Positions 63,779 to 64,000 of a stretch of 64,000 nt of DNA are shown here, one piece after another. Position 1 is the first letter of the stretch. Every line of letters starts with the position of its first letter. Source of the stretch: Clostridia bacterium (GTDB taxonomy: Bacteria; Bacillota; Clostridia; Christensenellales; Aristaeellaceae); NCBI GenBank assembly GCA_017473345.1, contig JAFULL010000042.1:1159-65158 (forward strand), read 5' to 3'. The position numbers were made by a program, and so were the translations under genes. The notes beneath the pieces are model-generated. The model was not told where the DNA came from and ran no database searches. It saw only the letters and a list, made by a program, of their open reading frames with translations.

Positions 63779-64000
63779 GTGGCAGGATATATTTCTGAAG
63801 CTGTTATTAAAAGGCTGCCTGCGTACTATCGTCATCTGAAGGAACTGGAGGCTGAGGGCGTCACACAGATCTCTTCAAAGGGACTGGGGGAGCGCATGGA
63901 TTTTACGGCTTCTCAGGTGAGGCAGGATATCAATTGCTTTGGCGGCTTCGGACGGCAGGGATATGGCTACAGCGTGTCGGAACTGCGCGAACATATTGGT
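63779..64000 (+). CDS. rex: Redox-sensing transcriptional repressor Rex (3' end outside window; not in the ORF track)
   Basis: The GTG at 63779 opens a frame that runs to the window edge: VAGYISEAVIKRLPAYYRHLKELEAEGVTQISSKGLGERMDFTASQVRQDINCFGGFGRQGYGYSV. This is the Rex winged-helix N-domain pattern. Confidence 0.8.
   Translation, partial: MAGYISEAVIKRLPAYYRHLKELEAEGVTQISSKGLGERMDFTASQVRQDINCFGGFGRQGYGYSVSELREHIG

Noticed and set aside
1-64000. Mobile elements, prophage, toxin-antitoxin or defence systems.
   Set aside because: I found no transposase, integrase, recombinase, phage structural, restriction-modification, nuclease-helicase or small paired toxin/antitoxin genes. No terminal inverted repeats or tRNA integration sites were seen. 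The only compositional outliers are regulator-type genes (merR with C26, and araC).

Overview
GC-rich chromosomal segment with strong G/C third-position bias. That bias produces many long spurious antisense ORFs in the six-frame track. Gene content points to a Gram-positive bacterium, most consistent with class Clostridia, possibly Oscillospiraceae/Ruminococcaceae-like; this taxon call is inference only. Supporting genes are long-form HPF, Rex, IreB-RuvX-DUF1292, a SigF/G-type sigma factor, YggS-SepF-YggT-YlmH-DivIVA, and rpmH-rnpA-yidD-yidC-jag. I support about 69 protein-coding genes, mostly on the + strand. I saw no rRNA or tRNA genes, no CRISPR array, and no transposase, integrase or phage genes. 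All family calls come from motif recognition by eye; no searches were run.

Layout:
- 1-8.1 kb: partial GNAT gene, a MATE exporter, a Fe3+/polyamine-type ABC importer, then an sn-glycerol-1-phosphate dehydrogenase-like gene and a HAD-IIB phosphatase.
- 8.2-19.4 kb: the most unusual region. It holds a MerR regulator translationally coupled to a secreted C26 (gamma-glutamyl-hydrolase-type) amidase. Next comes a long leader, then an operon with a secreted unknown protein, a frame-interrupted permease, a 57-aa membrane micro-protein, a membrane-anchored M14/AstE-like zinc peptidase and two tandem secreted C69 dipeptidases. Two hairpins follow, then a PgsB-PgsC-third-membrane-protein module of poly-gamma-glutamate type that lacks PgsA/PgsE.
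- 19.4-29.2 kb: ManD-type dehydratase, a sugar ABC system, a lipoprotein, mutarotase, FNT channel, HisJ phosphatase and hpf.
- 29.5-35.5 kb: a WbpA/B/D/E-like UDP-diacetamido-uronic acid cassette, a GNAT gene and a CAP-domain protein.
- 35.6-50 kb: orphan SBP, galK, deoB, punA, AraC, GH28, a DacB-type carboxypeptidase, an SH3b protein and housekeeping genes.
- 50-58.5 kb: a GT-C-like membrane protein, TauE, a degenerate anti-sigma/sigma pair, a HlyD-like protein and the division cluster.
- 58.5-64 kb: a methyltransferase, a MATE exporter, the rpmH operon and the start of rex.
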